A stretch of DNA of 64,000 nucleotides, from positions 96,906,001 to 96,970,000 of the forward strand of contig OX597819.1 of NCBI GenBank assembly GCA_951406725.2, written 5' to 3'. Positions 26,435 to 39,522 of the stretch are shown here, piece after piece. The translations under genes were made by a program, and so were the position numbers. Positions within the stretch are counted from its first letter, which is position 1. Each line of letters begins with the position of its first letter. Origin of the DNA: Octopus vulgaris (Eukaryota). Under the pieces are notes generated by a model that worked only from the letters and a program-made list of their open reading frames with translations, ran no database searches and was not told the origin of the DNA.

Positions 26435-26544
26435 GCGTGGCTGAGTGGTAAGAAGTATGCCTCCAACTACAGGGTTCCAGGTTCAGTCCCACTGCGTGGA
26501 ACCTTACGTGAGTGTCTTCTGCTAAAGCCTTGTGACTGGAACTG

Positions 26545-26608
<64 letters not shown>

Positions 26609-26785
26609 TTTTGTGTGTGTTTGTCGCCCCACCACTGTTTGAAAATCGGTCTTGGTTTGCTTGCGTCCCTCTACTTGAGTGGTTCGGCTAAAGAGGCTGA
26701 TAGAATATAAGTGATGAGATCGATTTCTTCAACTAAACCCTTCAAAGTGATGCCCCAGCCTGACTGAAACAAAAGAAAAACGGTA
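26435..26785 (+). mobile_element. SINE family B (older, deleted)
   Basis: Homology to 23085-23536. Confidence 0.8.
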
Positions 26786-27000
26786 AAAGAATGTAAGATA
26801 TAATGGGAAAAGATGGATACAATTAAAATAGTATAGGAATTTGTGTGGAAATATAGTGAGCTGCAAAGGTGAGCTAAAGCATATCAAATAGACATTCCAA
26901 TACTCTATATAACCTTTGTAATATAGTTTGAGAACACAAGAACTTCCTCCAAATCCACTTGCACATAAGTCATAGTATATTTCGGCTTTCATTTGTTTAA

Positions 27001-27367
27001 ACTCTCTTTACTCTTTTACTCTTTTACTTGTTTCAGTCATTTAATCGAGCAACTCGACCCCGGGACTTATTCTTTTGTAAGCCCAGTACTTATTCTATCG
27101 GTCTCTTTTGCCGAACTGCCAAGTGACGGGGACATAAACACACCAGGATCGGTTGTCAAACAATGCTAGGGGGACAAACACAGACACGCAAACACACACA
27201 CGCATATATATATATATACATATATACGACGGGCTTCTTTTCAGTTTCCGTCTGCCAAATCCACTCACAAGGCTTTGGTCGGCCCGGGGCTATAGCAGAA
27301 GACACTTGCCCAAGTTGCCACGCAGTGGGACTGAACCCAGAACCATGTGGTTGGTAAACAAGCTACT
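27001..27367 (-). mobile_element. SINE family B
   Basis: Homology to family B plus the (actctttt)n tail. Confidence 0.88.
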
Positions 27368-27911
27368 TTGGGAAACCAAGTCACTCTCACAGAAATTTGC
27401 TCGTACACTTTTCCATTTTCTCCTCTCGTGTTAACGGTATTTTATTCATTCGGCGTTGCCATAATAATCTCGAAAAAAGGTTAGATTGGTAAGATATACC
27501 TTAAACTTCCCTGCCAAACCATAATTACCACTGCTAGTTGATCTCTGTCTCAACTTGATTGCTATCTTCTCGGTGAACTGGCAGAATCTTTAGCACGCCG
27601 GACATAATGATTTGCAGCATTGCTTCCAGCTTCACATTCTGAGCTCAAAATGGTGCCAACGTTGACTCTGCCTTTCATCTTTTCGGAGTCGATAAAGTAT
27701 CAGTTAAACACTGGGGTTGTTTCTAGTTGTGTGCTTATAGTACAAAGATTATTTTAAGGACACTGTGTAGATACGGCCTATGCTCTTAATTGCTTGGTCA
27801 CTGGAATCAACACTTCTACGATTTTGAAGCAGAATTCCTTAACTAACACTGCAATATTAACAGACTACTTTGTTTATTTCCTTTTTGGAGGGAGTCTTAT
27901 TTTTTCCTGTT

Positions 27912-27946
<35 letters not shown>

Positions 27947-28489
27947 TTTGTATGGTGAGGCTGAGGGCTTTAGAATGCAGTTAACATTGGCAAAATAGCC
28001 CATCCATCAAGGCTAAAAAAGATTAAGAAATCACATGGCAATAGCAGTAACAGGTGTCTCTGATATCTTTCCTACTGAATACCGACATCTTAGCCCTTGC
28101 GGAGAGGAGTAGAGAAATGGTACAGTCTAAAGTAGGAAGGAAGGAAGGAAGGACGAGAGTAAGCGAAGGGGAGAAAAAAGAAAGAAAGAAAGAAAGAAAA
28201 GAAAAGAAAGAAATGAAGGTGTACAGACAGAGTGAATAGCCACGGACAGGCAACAAGATTAGGCAACGAGAAACAAATGGAAAAATGGACTGTCGGTTGC
28301 AATAATACAGAAAATTATGGTGATAATATGCATACAGTATTTGGTGATGATAATGTCGAACTATCTGGTGATGCTGTGGTTTAAGTTGAATACATTATAA
28401 TAATTCAGATTTGGTAATGAGAGCCGTAACGATATATACAAGATATAGATTCAATTACCTGTTGGAGTTATTTTCACTTCACTTCTAGA

Positions 28490-28930
28490 CGTGCGGGTGT
28501 GGTAAGAAGTTTGCTTCCCAACCACATAGTTCTGGGTTCAGTCCCACTGCGTGGTACCTTGGGCAAGTGTCTAATATGATAGTCTCTGACCAACCAAAGC
28601 CTTGTGAGTGAATTTGGTAGACGGAACTGGGAAGTAACCTGTCGTGTGTGTGTGTCTATCTATCTATCTATTTATCTATCTATCTAGCTAGCTAGCTATG
28701 AGTGTGTGTCTTTGTGTCTGTGTTTGGCCCTCATCACCGCTTGACACCCGATATGTGTGCGTTTACGTCCCCGTAACTTATCGGTTTAGCAAAAGGAGGC
28801 AGGTAGAATAAATACCAGGCTTAAAACGAAAATAAGTACTGGGGTCGATTTGTTCGACTAAAGATTCCTCAAGGTAATGCCCCAGCATGGACGCAGCCTA
28901 ATGACTGAAACAAGTGATAGATAAAAGATA
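28490..28930 (+). mobile_element. SINE family B (older)
   Basis: Homology along the full length. Confidence 0.85.
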
Positions 28931-29019
28931 AACACTCCACAGGATACGCATGAAAAATCACAAAATTCACTCGTCAGATTTTGCGAAAGAAATAAAATTC
29001 ATTCATATCATCGATACAA

Positions 29020-29422
29020 AACCAAAGATTTGGTGGTCTCACGGTGAAGGGTAGGGTATGATCGATTATACCGACCCCGGTTCTTGGGTGGCACTTTATT
29101 ATAACGAGCCCGAGAACGATAAATGACAGAGTTGATCTCGGCAGTATTTGAACGCAGAACGTTAAGGATCGTAACTAAAAAGCACAAGACATCTCATCAG
29201 ACGCTCTCCCGATTGTGCAAGTCTAGAAGAAATATTGGTTTCAAATTTTGATACAAGGCCAGATTAGATCGACCCCAGTGCTCAGCTGGTAATTATTTTA
29301 TCGCCCCCTCCCCAAGGATGAAAGGCAAAGCCGACCTCAACGGAATTTGAACTCAGAACGCAAAGACGGGCGAAATGCCGCGTCAGCATTTTGCCCGGTG
29401 TGATAACGATTCTGCCAGCTCG
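29020..29422 (-). mobile_element. Two tandem family-A SINE copies
   Basis: A diverged copy at ~29020-29230 and a younger copy at ~29236-29422. Confidence 0.75.
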
Positions 29423-29465
29423 TACCCAGCTCCTATCTCTCTGTCTCTTTCTCCTATCTCCTAGT

Positions 29466-29567
<102 letters not shown>

Positions 29568-29884
29568 AAATATCATTGGGTTTCATATTGATTACAAAAC
29601 GTGAAATTCTTCGTCAATGAAAGTGTCTTGGGAATGGTCACGTGATCATCTGAGATTCTACTGCAGATATTAATCCTAAAAACCTTAATAGAATCAATTA
29701 CCAAACAGGTGTGACTTCATTGTTGCTGTTATTTCATTTCCACAATTCAACTCTGTTATCTCAGCCACGTTCCTCAACTTTTCGCTTGTAAAACTTTCAC
29801 ATTCTAAAAGATATTCTATACTACATTTATCATTTACACCTGCGTCACAATAACAGGTAACATAGGCGTTTGGTTTTTAACTAG

Positions 29885-30660
29885 GTAATGAGGGAGGGGT
29901 AGCGACGGCGTCGGCGTGGGTAGTGTTGGTGGAAGTGGTGGTGACGATGGTGGTAGTAGTGGTGGTAGCGATAGTGTTGGGTGTGGCGGTGGTGGGTAAC
30001 GTTGATGGTAGTGTTGAGAGTGACCGTAGAAGCGGTAATCGGTAGTGGTGATGGTGATGTTAGCGATGGTGGTATTGGTTTTGGTCTTGGCTTTGAGGGT
30101 AATGGCGTAAGTGGTAAGGGACAACGTGGTGGTGTGGGGTGGGGTGCTGGTGCTGGTGGTGATGGTCGAAGTGGTGTTGGTACCAATGGTAATGTTGAAA
30201 ATGGTTGTGATGATGATGGTAGTGATGGTAATGATAAACGTACTGCTGGTAATAGCGAAGATAAGGGTACTGATGTAGTGGTGGTGGTAGTGGTCATTGT
30301 CGTCGTGATTGTAGAGGTGGTAGCAGTGGTAATGATGGCGTTAGTGACTGTACCGCTGTTGTTGGTGGTGGTGGCAGTGGTAGTAGCGGTCACGGCACAG
30401 GGGTGGAGGATGTGCTAATGATGGTGGTAGAGGTGGTGGTGGTAATGATGGCAGTTTTGGTGGAGGTTGTAGTGGTGATGGCCTCGTGGTTTTGGTGGTT
30501 GTGGTCTGGTGATGGTGGTGGTGGTGGTGCTGCTGCTGCTGCTAATGATAATGATGATGATGGTGGTGGTGGTGGTGGTGGTGGTGGTGGTGGTGGTGGT
30601 GGTGGTGGTGGTGGTGGTGATGATGATGATGATGACGACGATTATGATGATGATCGCAGT
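29885..30660. repeat. Degenerate (GGT)n/(GAT)n low-complexity tract
   Basis: Directly visible; the source of the spurious Pro/Thr/Gly/Val-rich ORFs. Confidence 0.9.
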
Positions 30661-31680
30661 AGTGACAGTTGTAGCGATCATAAGCACCCCTCTCTCCTCC
30701 ATATCACCTTTCAATACTCATGCGTTGCTCTAAAACCTCCCGATCCCAATATGGCGAAGGATTTAGTCTAAAAGGAATTATCGACTTCCAAAAGTACCAG
30801 TAATTTCTCACCAAGAATGGTAGCAGCTAAAACACTTCTTTCTAAGATTAAAATCAAAATGAGCAAATGGAAATAAATGAAATAAGACTACGGATTAGAA
30901 GGGGATCATACATTGAATGACGTGTATAATTAATGGCGGATGTAATTAAGACGAAAATAATTAATGACATATGCTATTAATTGAGATTTACTTCTTAGTA
31001 GGAGGAAAACAAAAAGCTAGCAGGTAATGTTTCTGAAAGGGGAGATAATTTCATGAAATTTATGATTTGTTTTTGGAACGGTGAGTCTCGAAATAGATAT
31101 AACTATATATAACAGTGTATAATAGTGTGTAAATATTGGGTTTAAAGAACCCGTTAGACAGAAAGTGGTGAAGGCAGCCCACAGGATTCGAACCCAAATC
31201 TACCGTAAGTATGACAGACATTACAGACATTCTAGCATCGGACCAAGGCAACCCTGTGTATGCCGGCCAAAGCATACACTTAATAAAATAGAAAATCTTG
31301 CTTGTTACGTTTGGAATGCTTTTAATCTTAGCTCTGAGAGTTTAGGTTTAATTTGGTGCTAAACAGCAACATATTGTGAAGAGAGTCACTTGATCAGATA
31401 GAAGTAGCACCAAGGTCTCCCTAAAATCAAAAGGAGCATTGGATGATGTAATCCTAAATGTATTATGTCCGATAAAAGACGCGATGGTAAGAGGTGGAAT
31501 GTCTTTGATTCCAGATCTGCTTCACGAGAAATGGTCTGGGGTTAAATAACAACATATTTCCTTGATAAGAGATGCTTAGGATTAAATAACAGATCTGCCT
31601 AATAAAAGCTGATCGAGAGCTAAACAACAACAGAAATACCATTAAACTGCAGGTCTGAGGATCTATACGTATATATATAT

Positions 31681-31721
<41 letters not shown>

Positions 31722-31890
31722 AATATTTGTTGTGCAAGATTTTTTGTGTGAAGTCGTGTGTTGAAACAGATATTGTTATATTTCGGAATTTAATATTGCT
31801 AGTTTAACCAATAAAAACACACGCACTATATATTTGGTGTTATTTTGCTTCAGTGTTATTTATTTTTTACATTAATCTTAATCTTATTTC

Positions 31891-31935
31891 GGCCAGAGTT
31901 CTTTCGTCACACTCCTGTGACCGCATCAGTGGTCC
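31891..31935 (-). ncRNA. Minimal type-I hammerhead ribozyme-like motif (variant core)
   Basis: Reverse complement of 32057-32101. Confidence 0.5.
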
Positions 31936-32056
31936 TTTGTTTTCTTCTCTTCTTACTTATTTGTGTTTCTCCTTACTAACCGTCAGCCATTTTTCAGAAA
32001 AATGGCTGACGGTTAGTAAGGAGAGACACAAATAAGTAAGAAGAGAAGAAAACAAA

Positions 32057-32101
32057 GGACCACTGATGCGGTCACAGGAGTGTGACGAAAGAACTCTGGC
32101 C
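32057..32101 (+). ncRNA. Minimal type-I hammerhead ribozyme-like motif (variant core)
   Basis: GGACCA-CTGATGCG-GTCACA ggag TGTGAC-GAAA-G aa C-TC-TGGCC. Stems I, II and a minimal III are present; A9 is replaced by C and there is one extra nt. Confidence 0.5.
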
Positions 32102-32223
32102 GAAATAAGATTAAGATTAATGTAAAAAATAAATAACACTGAAGCAAAATAACACCAAATATATAGTGCGTGTGTTTTTATTGGCTAAACTGGCAATATG
32201 ACCATCCCGAAATATAACAATAT

Positions 32224-32303
<80 letters not shown>

Positions 32304-32309
<6 letters not shown>

Positions 32310-32514
32310 GAAATAAGGTACTCAGAAGATCGGATGGTTTATATTTACAGATATTTATTTGTATATTACATTTTTTATATATATATCATATCACTTAGAT
32401 CACTAGCGCTTTCTCCCATTCTAGTGGGGTTTTCAAATCATACTAAGTAAATATCATACAAATAAATATCTGTAAATATAAACCATCCGATCTTCTGAGT
32501 ACCTTATTTCTTCT
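32304..32514. mobile_element. ~60-bp inverted repeat enclosing a decayed hammerhead-like motif (Penelope-like remnant)
   Basis: 32304-32364 is the reverse complement of 32456-32514. Inner minus strand reads TTGAAAA-CCCCA..TGGGA-GAAA-GCGC-TA. Confidence 0.55.
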
Positions 32515-32548
32515 AATATGTTAATACCTGTGCATCATCTCCAAACCT

Positions 32549-32603
<55 letters not shown>

Positions 32604-33894
32604 CACACATACACACATACATACACACATACATACGTACGTACGTACATACATGTGTGTATATGTATATGTATATGTATATATATATATATACGTATAC
32701 ACATATATATGTATGTACGTATGTATGTATGTATGTATGTATGTATGTATGTATGTATGTATGTATGTATGTATGTATGTGTATACATGTATATATATAC
32801 ATACATACATACATACATACATACATACATACATACATACATACATACATGCACATTCTTCCCCGAAGAGACAATAGTCGTGACATCTGGTCAAATAATG
32901 AGAAACTACGGAATACCAAGTGTCTATGCTGTGTATAATTGAGTTCGTATTGCGGATTACTACGTTCACGCCGATCTAAATCAACCTCCGCACATTGGCG
33001 CGCGCGTGCGTATGTGTACAAATATACACACATACATGTATATATACACTCACACATACACACCATACACCCTGCTATTTACATCGGACCGACACTGTTG
33101 GAAGGGGAGAGAAATAAGTACAAATATTAATGCCTATTTATGAAAGAAAACAAAGTTGACCATGGTAACACACATCATTAATGACAGAATTATCTGTAGG
33201 GAGACAAAGTTAGACATTTATAGATATATAGATAAAGAAATAGATATAGATATAAGTATAACTATACCACAACCTCTGCTTTATTCTTATATCTCCAACC
33301 TGCCATTTGCTATTATATCGTTGAAATCACAACCTATAAACTCACCGTTTGATGGACGTTCTATCAAAATTTCAATGTTATTGGTTGCTGGTTCTGTTAG
33401 AATCGACCAATCAATATCTTTTGTAACATTTACTTCTTATTTTGCTTTCAACTGAATGCTTTTAGTATAATGGGGCAATAAAAACTAGTGTAAAAAATCC
33501 TTAACTTTGCATATTCATTATGAGAAATCTGTTTGTTATTGCATATATTTCTGTTGAACACATTCAGAAGTCTATATTGTTTCACTGAAAATAGTTCCTT
33601 TTTTTTCTTTATTTTCTTTTCTTTTTGTATTTTTGTGCTGTTTTATCAACGCGTCTTTGTTCTGATCGCAGCCATCATTCATAAAGTGAGTATTTGATGG
33701 GAAATGTAGAGCAGTTAAGGCAGACATTACGCTAGACGAGTAGTTATATTCTAAGCTGCTGATACAACCATTAATGTAACTAGCTTCAAAGGGTTGTCGT
33801 TAATGTGACTGGATGTTGACAGCAATATTTGTTTAATTGATCATTAAAGACAGATCGGATTCTTTCACACGACCAAATATTTCAGAGGAGCACA

Positions 33895-33926
<32 letters not shown>

Positions 33927-34439
33927 TGCACACACACACACACACACACATGCACACACACACACACACCAACGCACGCGCGCACAATAAAAAAAATTAC
34001 TTCTACAAAAGCCATACTGAGAGAACAGCAAAAATATTATTGATATTACTGCTGCTGCTGCTTGCTGCTTGCTGTTGATGATGATATATGATGATGATGA
34101 TGATGATACTACTGCTGCCGTCGTTATTATAGTTGTTATTTATGGTGTTAGTAGTAGTGGTTGTTGATGTGGCTTTATTGATGATGTTAGAAGTTTGTTA
34201 TGGCGTTATTGTGCCTTTTATAATAAATCATAACCACTACCATTACCATTACCATCACCACCACACCACCACCATCATCATCATCATCATCATCATCATC
34301 ACCACCACTACCGTCACTGTCACCATCGCTATTATCACCACCATTATTATCATCATCTCTATCGTCTTCATTTTAAGTTATTATACTCATTAAAGCCACT
34401 ATTGTTATAATTATGTCATTGCGCAGAATAGATATAAAA

Positions 34440-35230
34440 TACTGAGTTTTGTAGGATTTTCTTCACGCTTACTACTGAGTCTTCACAAAATGTCTCTGAT
34501 AGAAAGTACCTTTCTGAAAATACGGTGCTAGATCTTCCGAGTACTCGCGCCTCTGCCTTGATGTCCAACTGTTCCGATATCATACTTTTTTATTTTGGAG
34601 AATTGAACTTAATACTCCAACGATAACTGGTACAAGTTTCACTTTTGCAGTAAAGCAGTCGTACATTCAGGATATTTTTACTTTTAAATCAGATCTTTTC
34701 TACTTCTTTGTCTGTAATGCTTTTGTCTTAAGAAATTGCAGCGTCTGTTATGAGATATTCTCTTTTTATATGAAGTATAATGGGATCTTTTCACTTTGAC
34801 CGGCAGATTTTTAAAATAATTTCTATGTAACTAAAAAATGTTAAACTTCGTATACTGGTAGAATGTGCTTATAAAACATATTTTTCTCTTGGCTTTCTTG
34901 AGAAAATTCTGTAGTTTGTAACATATTTGTTGTTTAATTTCTTGCATTTCTGCAATTTCAACCAATCAATGACGTCTAGAAGATGTTTTATAAACACATT
35001 CTACCAGTATACGAAGTTTAAAATTTTTTAGTTACATAGAAATTATTTTAAAAATCTGCCGGTCAAAGTGAAAAGATCCGTATAATGATATCTAGGCTAC
35101 AGTGTTCAATCGTTCTCCCTGGATATCAAATACCCCGTACAGTTTTTAGATTTACCAGTTTTATTTAGAACCTTTTCAGGTACATGACTGCACTCCTTGT
35201 TTGAAGTGTTGTTGTTATGATTATTATCCC
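34440..35230 (-). pseudogene. R4/Dong-clade REL endonuclease relic, split by a MITE
   Basis: Minus strand: HVPEKVL..PDII|..LITDAAIS*DKSITDKEVEKI..KVKLVPVIVGVL..RIFRKVLSI. Confidence 0.7.
34783..35079. mobile_element. 297-bp MITE with ~100-bp TIRs, GG..CC ends and 8-bp TSD (Merlin- or Mutator-like)
   Basis: TIR ggatcttttcactttgaccggcagatttttaaaat...; TSD gtataatg at 34775-34782 and 35080-35087. Confidence 0.88.
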
Positions 35231-35399
35231 CTATTATATTTTGCTTATGTATTGGAATGAGGCCTTTAGATGATCCGGAGTTTATTTGTTTGACTCAATT
35301 AAGGGATCGTTTTCGTTGAAATGTTTGTACCAATGTGTTACTAACCCAACCTGTATTCTAGGAAACTGTTTGCCCCTCTTTGTTGTAGGTTTTCTGGAT

Positions 35400-36300
35400 T
35401 GGTATTTGTTACTTCTCGAATCTAAAGCATCCGGTTCTTTTTTTTTTCTTTTTTCATCGTGGTATTGGGCTGTTCGACAGAAGCAAACGGAGAAAGAGGT
35501 ATTTTCCCGTTATCACAACTATGATTACTACAATCAATCGCCAATCATCCATCTATCTAGAAGAGATGCAGATTGTCAAGCACGCAAAAATAAGTATACT
35601 TTTATTTTCAGACAAACCCTCATCGATTTTTTTCAAGTTCTATGTGGAAGGGCGAGTGAGAGTGGGAGAGAGAAGTGCTCCCAACCCAGTAAATTTGTAA
35701 AAAGGAATTGGGTAGAAGAATGGCCCGAATGCTCCTCGAGGCCAAGAAATAGTGGATGAGAGAGCTCCCTTTCCCACATGGTTATCCAAAAGTATCCCAT
35801 TAAGGGAGTGGGGATGAGGTTAATCAAACTGGTCGTACTTGACAAAAGACCCCATTGCTATACATGTAGCTTACTTGGCAGCGACATCCGCTGAGTAATC
35901 TTCGCTCCTTAAATGTAGATGTGGCGGCCATCAGTGAGACCAGAATTTCTGAGACGTCTTTGATCGATCTCCTTCTACCAGAATACGAGATTCCTCTTTC
36001 CGCTGGTTTTGATCGAATAGTTTGGAAGTGCTATTTCGGAAAGGAATAAATCTAGCGATAAGTACGACCTTTTTTAGACCCAGATGGCTCGTCAGGTTTC
36101 TTGGTTGTGAGCAACAGTGGAGTATTAGAACTTTTAGACGGGTGGTCGTTCCTGTCCCTACTTAATACCAGATTTCTTTGAACATCTGAAGTTTTTTCTA
36201 GGAATACTTCTATCATAATTATTAGTGAGCTACTGGAATGGCTTCTGAGACGTACGCAGGGATTGTGTAGATGTAACTAATAGAAGAGATTTGGATTGGT
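35400..36300 (+). pseudogene. Decayed Tx1/L1 5' portion (ORF1 knuckle remnant joined to APE endonuclease remnant)
   Basis: VVLDKRPHCYTCSLLG is directly followed by LSNLRSLNVDVAAISETRI..VLFRKGINL; many stops and frameshifts. Confidence 0.65.
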
Positions 36301-37199
36301 GACACTGCTGAGGAAGGACCCAAAATGGGATCCATAGCTGACTAAATGAATTATCCGAACATAATGACCTTGAAATATCCTGAATGTGAGGAGTGAAAAC
36401 AAACAATCTCGTAATAATTGGTGTTCAAGGAATCACACGCACAACAATAGTATTACTAGGTATTGCACATATGTGGAATTATCTCAAAACAATCGAAAAA
36501 TAAAAACTAAACCAAACACTGCACATACCCAAAATACGTTTAGTATCTTTCTGTTGCATCTCTAACTGTAGTTAAGGAACTTTGACAATAAACAGGGATG
36601 TTTCGCTAGGAAATCCAAAGATCCAGTTTTCATTTATATTACTAACAAATAATGAACATACGGCCCTAATGAACAAACTCGTAATAAAACGAAAAACATG
36701 TTCCTTTTGTGTTTTTATTCAGGACACACTATATATCTGCCACACAACAAAAAGTACATCAATTTTTGACTAATGTATATTACTTAGAAGAGTGTTGTAG
36801 CTTGCTTGAAAAATCGTGATACAAATGTAAAATACAAAAAAAATAATGAAGCGCTTCGTACAACGCGAAAAGGAAACCTGAAGTCACCTTCCTTTATTAC
36901 AGGTACAAAGGTCCATCAGCAGAAGTGAATGGTTTAGAGACGTAAGTTTATGTAGATATCAAAATTCGTATAGACAGAAGCGGTCTTATTTCTATATTAC
37001 TTAGTGTGTGTGTGTGTATGTGTGTGTGTGTGTGTTTGTCTGTATGTCTGTCTCTGTGTGTATCTGTGTGTGTGTATGTTTCTCCCGCCATTTACACAAC
37101 CTTTTATTATTTAAAATATATTTTAGTTATTCTTAGTGTTCCTCTCTTTCCATCAAATCCACATCTTTCCACAAACTCTCTAAAAATGTTTAACTCATT

Positions 37200-37900
37200 A
37201 TTTCTTAAAATCGTTTCTCTACATTAGCAACCCATAACCAACACCTTTAAATTCCAATTATTCCAGTCATACTTTTTCCTCAGCATGTTTATGAGCTACA
37301 TGATGTCACTTTTAAGAAAACACATTCCTATTCAGATATCACTCTTAACTTCTCCTTGACAGGCGTCATTCACACTTAAGCCCCTCGAAAAAGTCCCTGA
37401 AACAAGTTTCTTTGAACAGTCATCGGCATTAACTATATAGATATCAAGAAGACAGCATCCTATATAACTTATTCAGGCTAGTTAAACCTCTCATGCTGCT
37501 AGAAATATTAACACATACACTCTATGATGATCTTTCATGTTGACCCACAGTACAAATTTTCATCCCATAATCTGGATATTCCCTCCACAGTTTGGAAATA
37601 CTGAAGCTCAGCAAATCCAATGTAAAACCGATACGTGACTCTTCTGCTCACATATGAAACAAAACTTCTGTTGCTGCTGCAAAGACAACCCAGAGGACGT
37701 CAAGCAGTAAACCATGCCAGAGAGGAATTCATTCATTCATACACCAACACATTACAAATACTACATTACCGAAGTTCTGTTTTTTCTATTCTTTCTACTA
37801 CAACTACAACATATTCTATTTGTTTCCCTCCATCAGTAAACTGCATATCTTCTCCGCTTCGACCCTCTTCATGTACCTGCCGTTCTTCACAACGATCTAC
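37200..37900 (+). pseudogene. Possible very old L1-like RT remnant
   Basis: A/C-rich strand with faint motifs (LTGVIH, YDDL); barely recognisable. Confidence 0.25.
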
Positions 37901-38892
37901 TAAATCTAACCACCCCCAGGCCATTTGTACCTTACACGCCTTGCTAAATTACCCTCTCTCTATCCCTCTCATTCTCCCTCTCTCTCTTTCTCTCTCTCTC
38001 TCCCTCTTCCTCTTTCTCCCTCTCTCTCTCTCTCTCTCTCTTTCTCTCTTCGTCTCTCTTATGTTGCAACCTTGAAATTCCCTTATTTTCCACACCTCTT
38101 TCTGCAGACATCGTCAACCTGCAAAAGCTTTAGCAGACCCTCCTCCATCTACTCTTCCTCCTCTTCCTCCTCCCCCTCCTCCTCCTCATCATCATTATCA
38201 ACAGCAACAACAACAACAACAGTACCATCAATCTTGAAATGCTTATAAACGTAATGAGCACCAGCTCCGTCCATCCCCGTCCCCATCCCCATCCCCATAA
38301 TCTAATTAATTAGAAACCAATATTATTTGCAATTAAGCTGCTACTGTTTTTCTCCTGAATGTTTCCGTAAACTTACCGTGGAAATTTCAAAATATTTTTC
38401 TAATTCGATTGATGATCAATTGTTCTGTAATCGATAAATAGAATTTTAGGTTCATGTGTCTCTTTCTAAATGTCCCTCCAGGTTTATTACAACAAAAACA
38501 ACTACACCAACTGGAACTCCAATATCAATGTTTTCATTAATTATGCTAATTTGCCTTGTTATCTTGCAATAAAATACATCTTCTTATTCAGCTATAATTA
38601 CCGCGTTCATTCACACTCCAGCATGTATTTTTTTGTGTTAGTCACGCTTCGCTTGTTTTGTCCACCTTCGTTTCACTGTTTCAATAATTAACTGCGGCCA
38701 TGCTGGGGCATCGGCTTAAGACTTTCAGACGATTATATCGACCACAGTAATTTTAATTAATTTAGTTCAAGTGGCGAGGGAAGATTCATCTTGGCCACAA
38801 GGAGCATAACACGATATTAGCTAAAAGTATTTTTGTTATCACTGATTTCTACATTTCACGGCGACACAGCCATACACACACATACAACATAA

Positions 38893-38947
<55 letters not shown>

Positions 38948-38961
38948 TATATAGATGGGGG

Positions 38962-39123
38962 TGGGGAGAATTCACAAAAAGCAAAAGACGAAGACGTAGA
39001 CAACAAACAGATGTATTAGTTTAACGCTCGGGAAGTGAAAAAGTCTTTAACGTTTCGAGCCTACGCTCTTCCACAGAGAGGAACACAGAAAAAAGCAAGG
39101 AGAGAAAATAAAGAATGTGTAGT

Positions 39124-39126
<3 letters not shown>
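38962..39126 (-). mobile_element. Short Penelope-like repeat with hammerhead-like motif, in (TA)n
   Basis: Minus strand CTGTGGA-A-GAGC gtag GCTC-GAAA-CG-TTA; second copy at 53817-54020. Confidence 0.55.
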
Positions 39127-39195
<69 letters not shown>

Positions 39196-39418
39196 TATAC
39201 AAGCGTTGAATTGGAAGGAACGAATGAGAGAGAGTTGCTCAGTACATGTTATAGAGTATATGGTTTATTGAAACTAAATATTATTCTCGAGGCTCGTTTC
39301 ACCTCACTGCAATCTTCATTCAGAAGATCGCAGTGACGTGAAACGCGAGTCTCGAGACAAAAATTCGGTTTCAATAGACTTATGTGTGTGTGTGTGTGTT
39401 TGTGTGAGTATGTGCGTG

Positions 39419-39461
<43 letters not shown>

Positions 39462-39491
39462 GTGTGTGTGAGTGTGTGCGTGTGTGTGTGT

Positions 39492-39522
<31 letters not shown>

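Larger units (their letters stand above)
31720..32222. mobile_element. Palindromic Penelope-like (pLTR-type) remnant in (TA)n
   Basis: Arms ~31771-31995 and 31997-32222 with a 1-nt centre at 31996; each arm carries a hammerhead-like motif. Confidence 0.7.

Noticed and set aside
29834-30771. Pro/Thr/Gly-rich mucin- or extensin-like ORFs on both strands
   Set aside because: Degenerate GGT/GAT repeat that is open in several frames at once.
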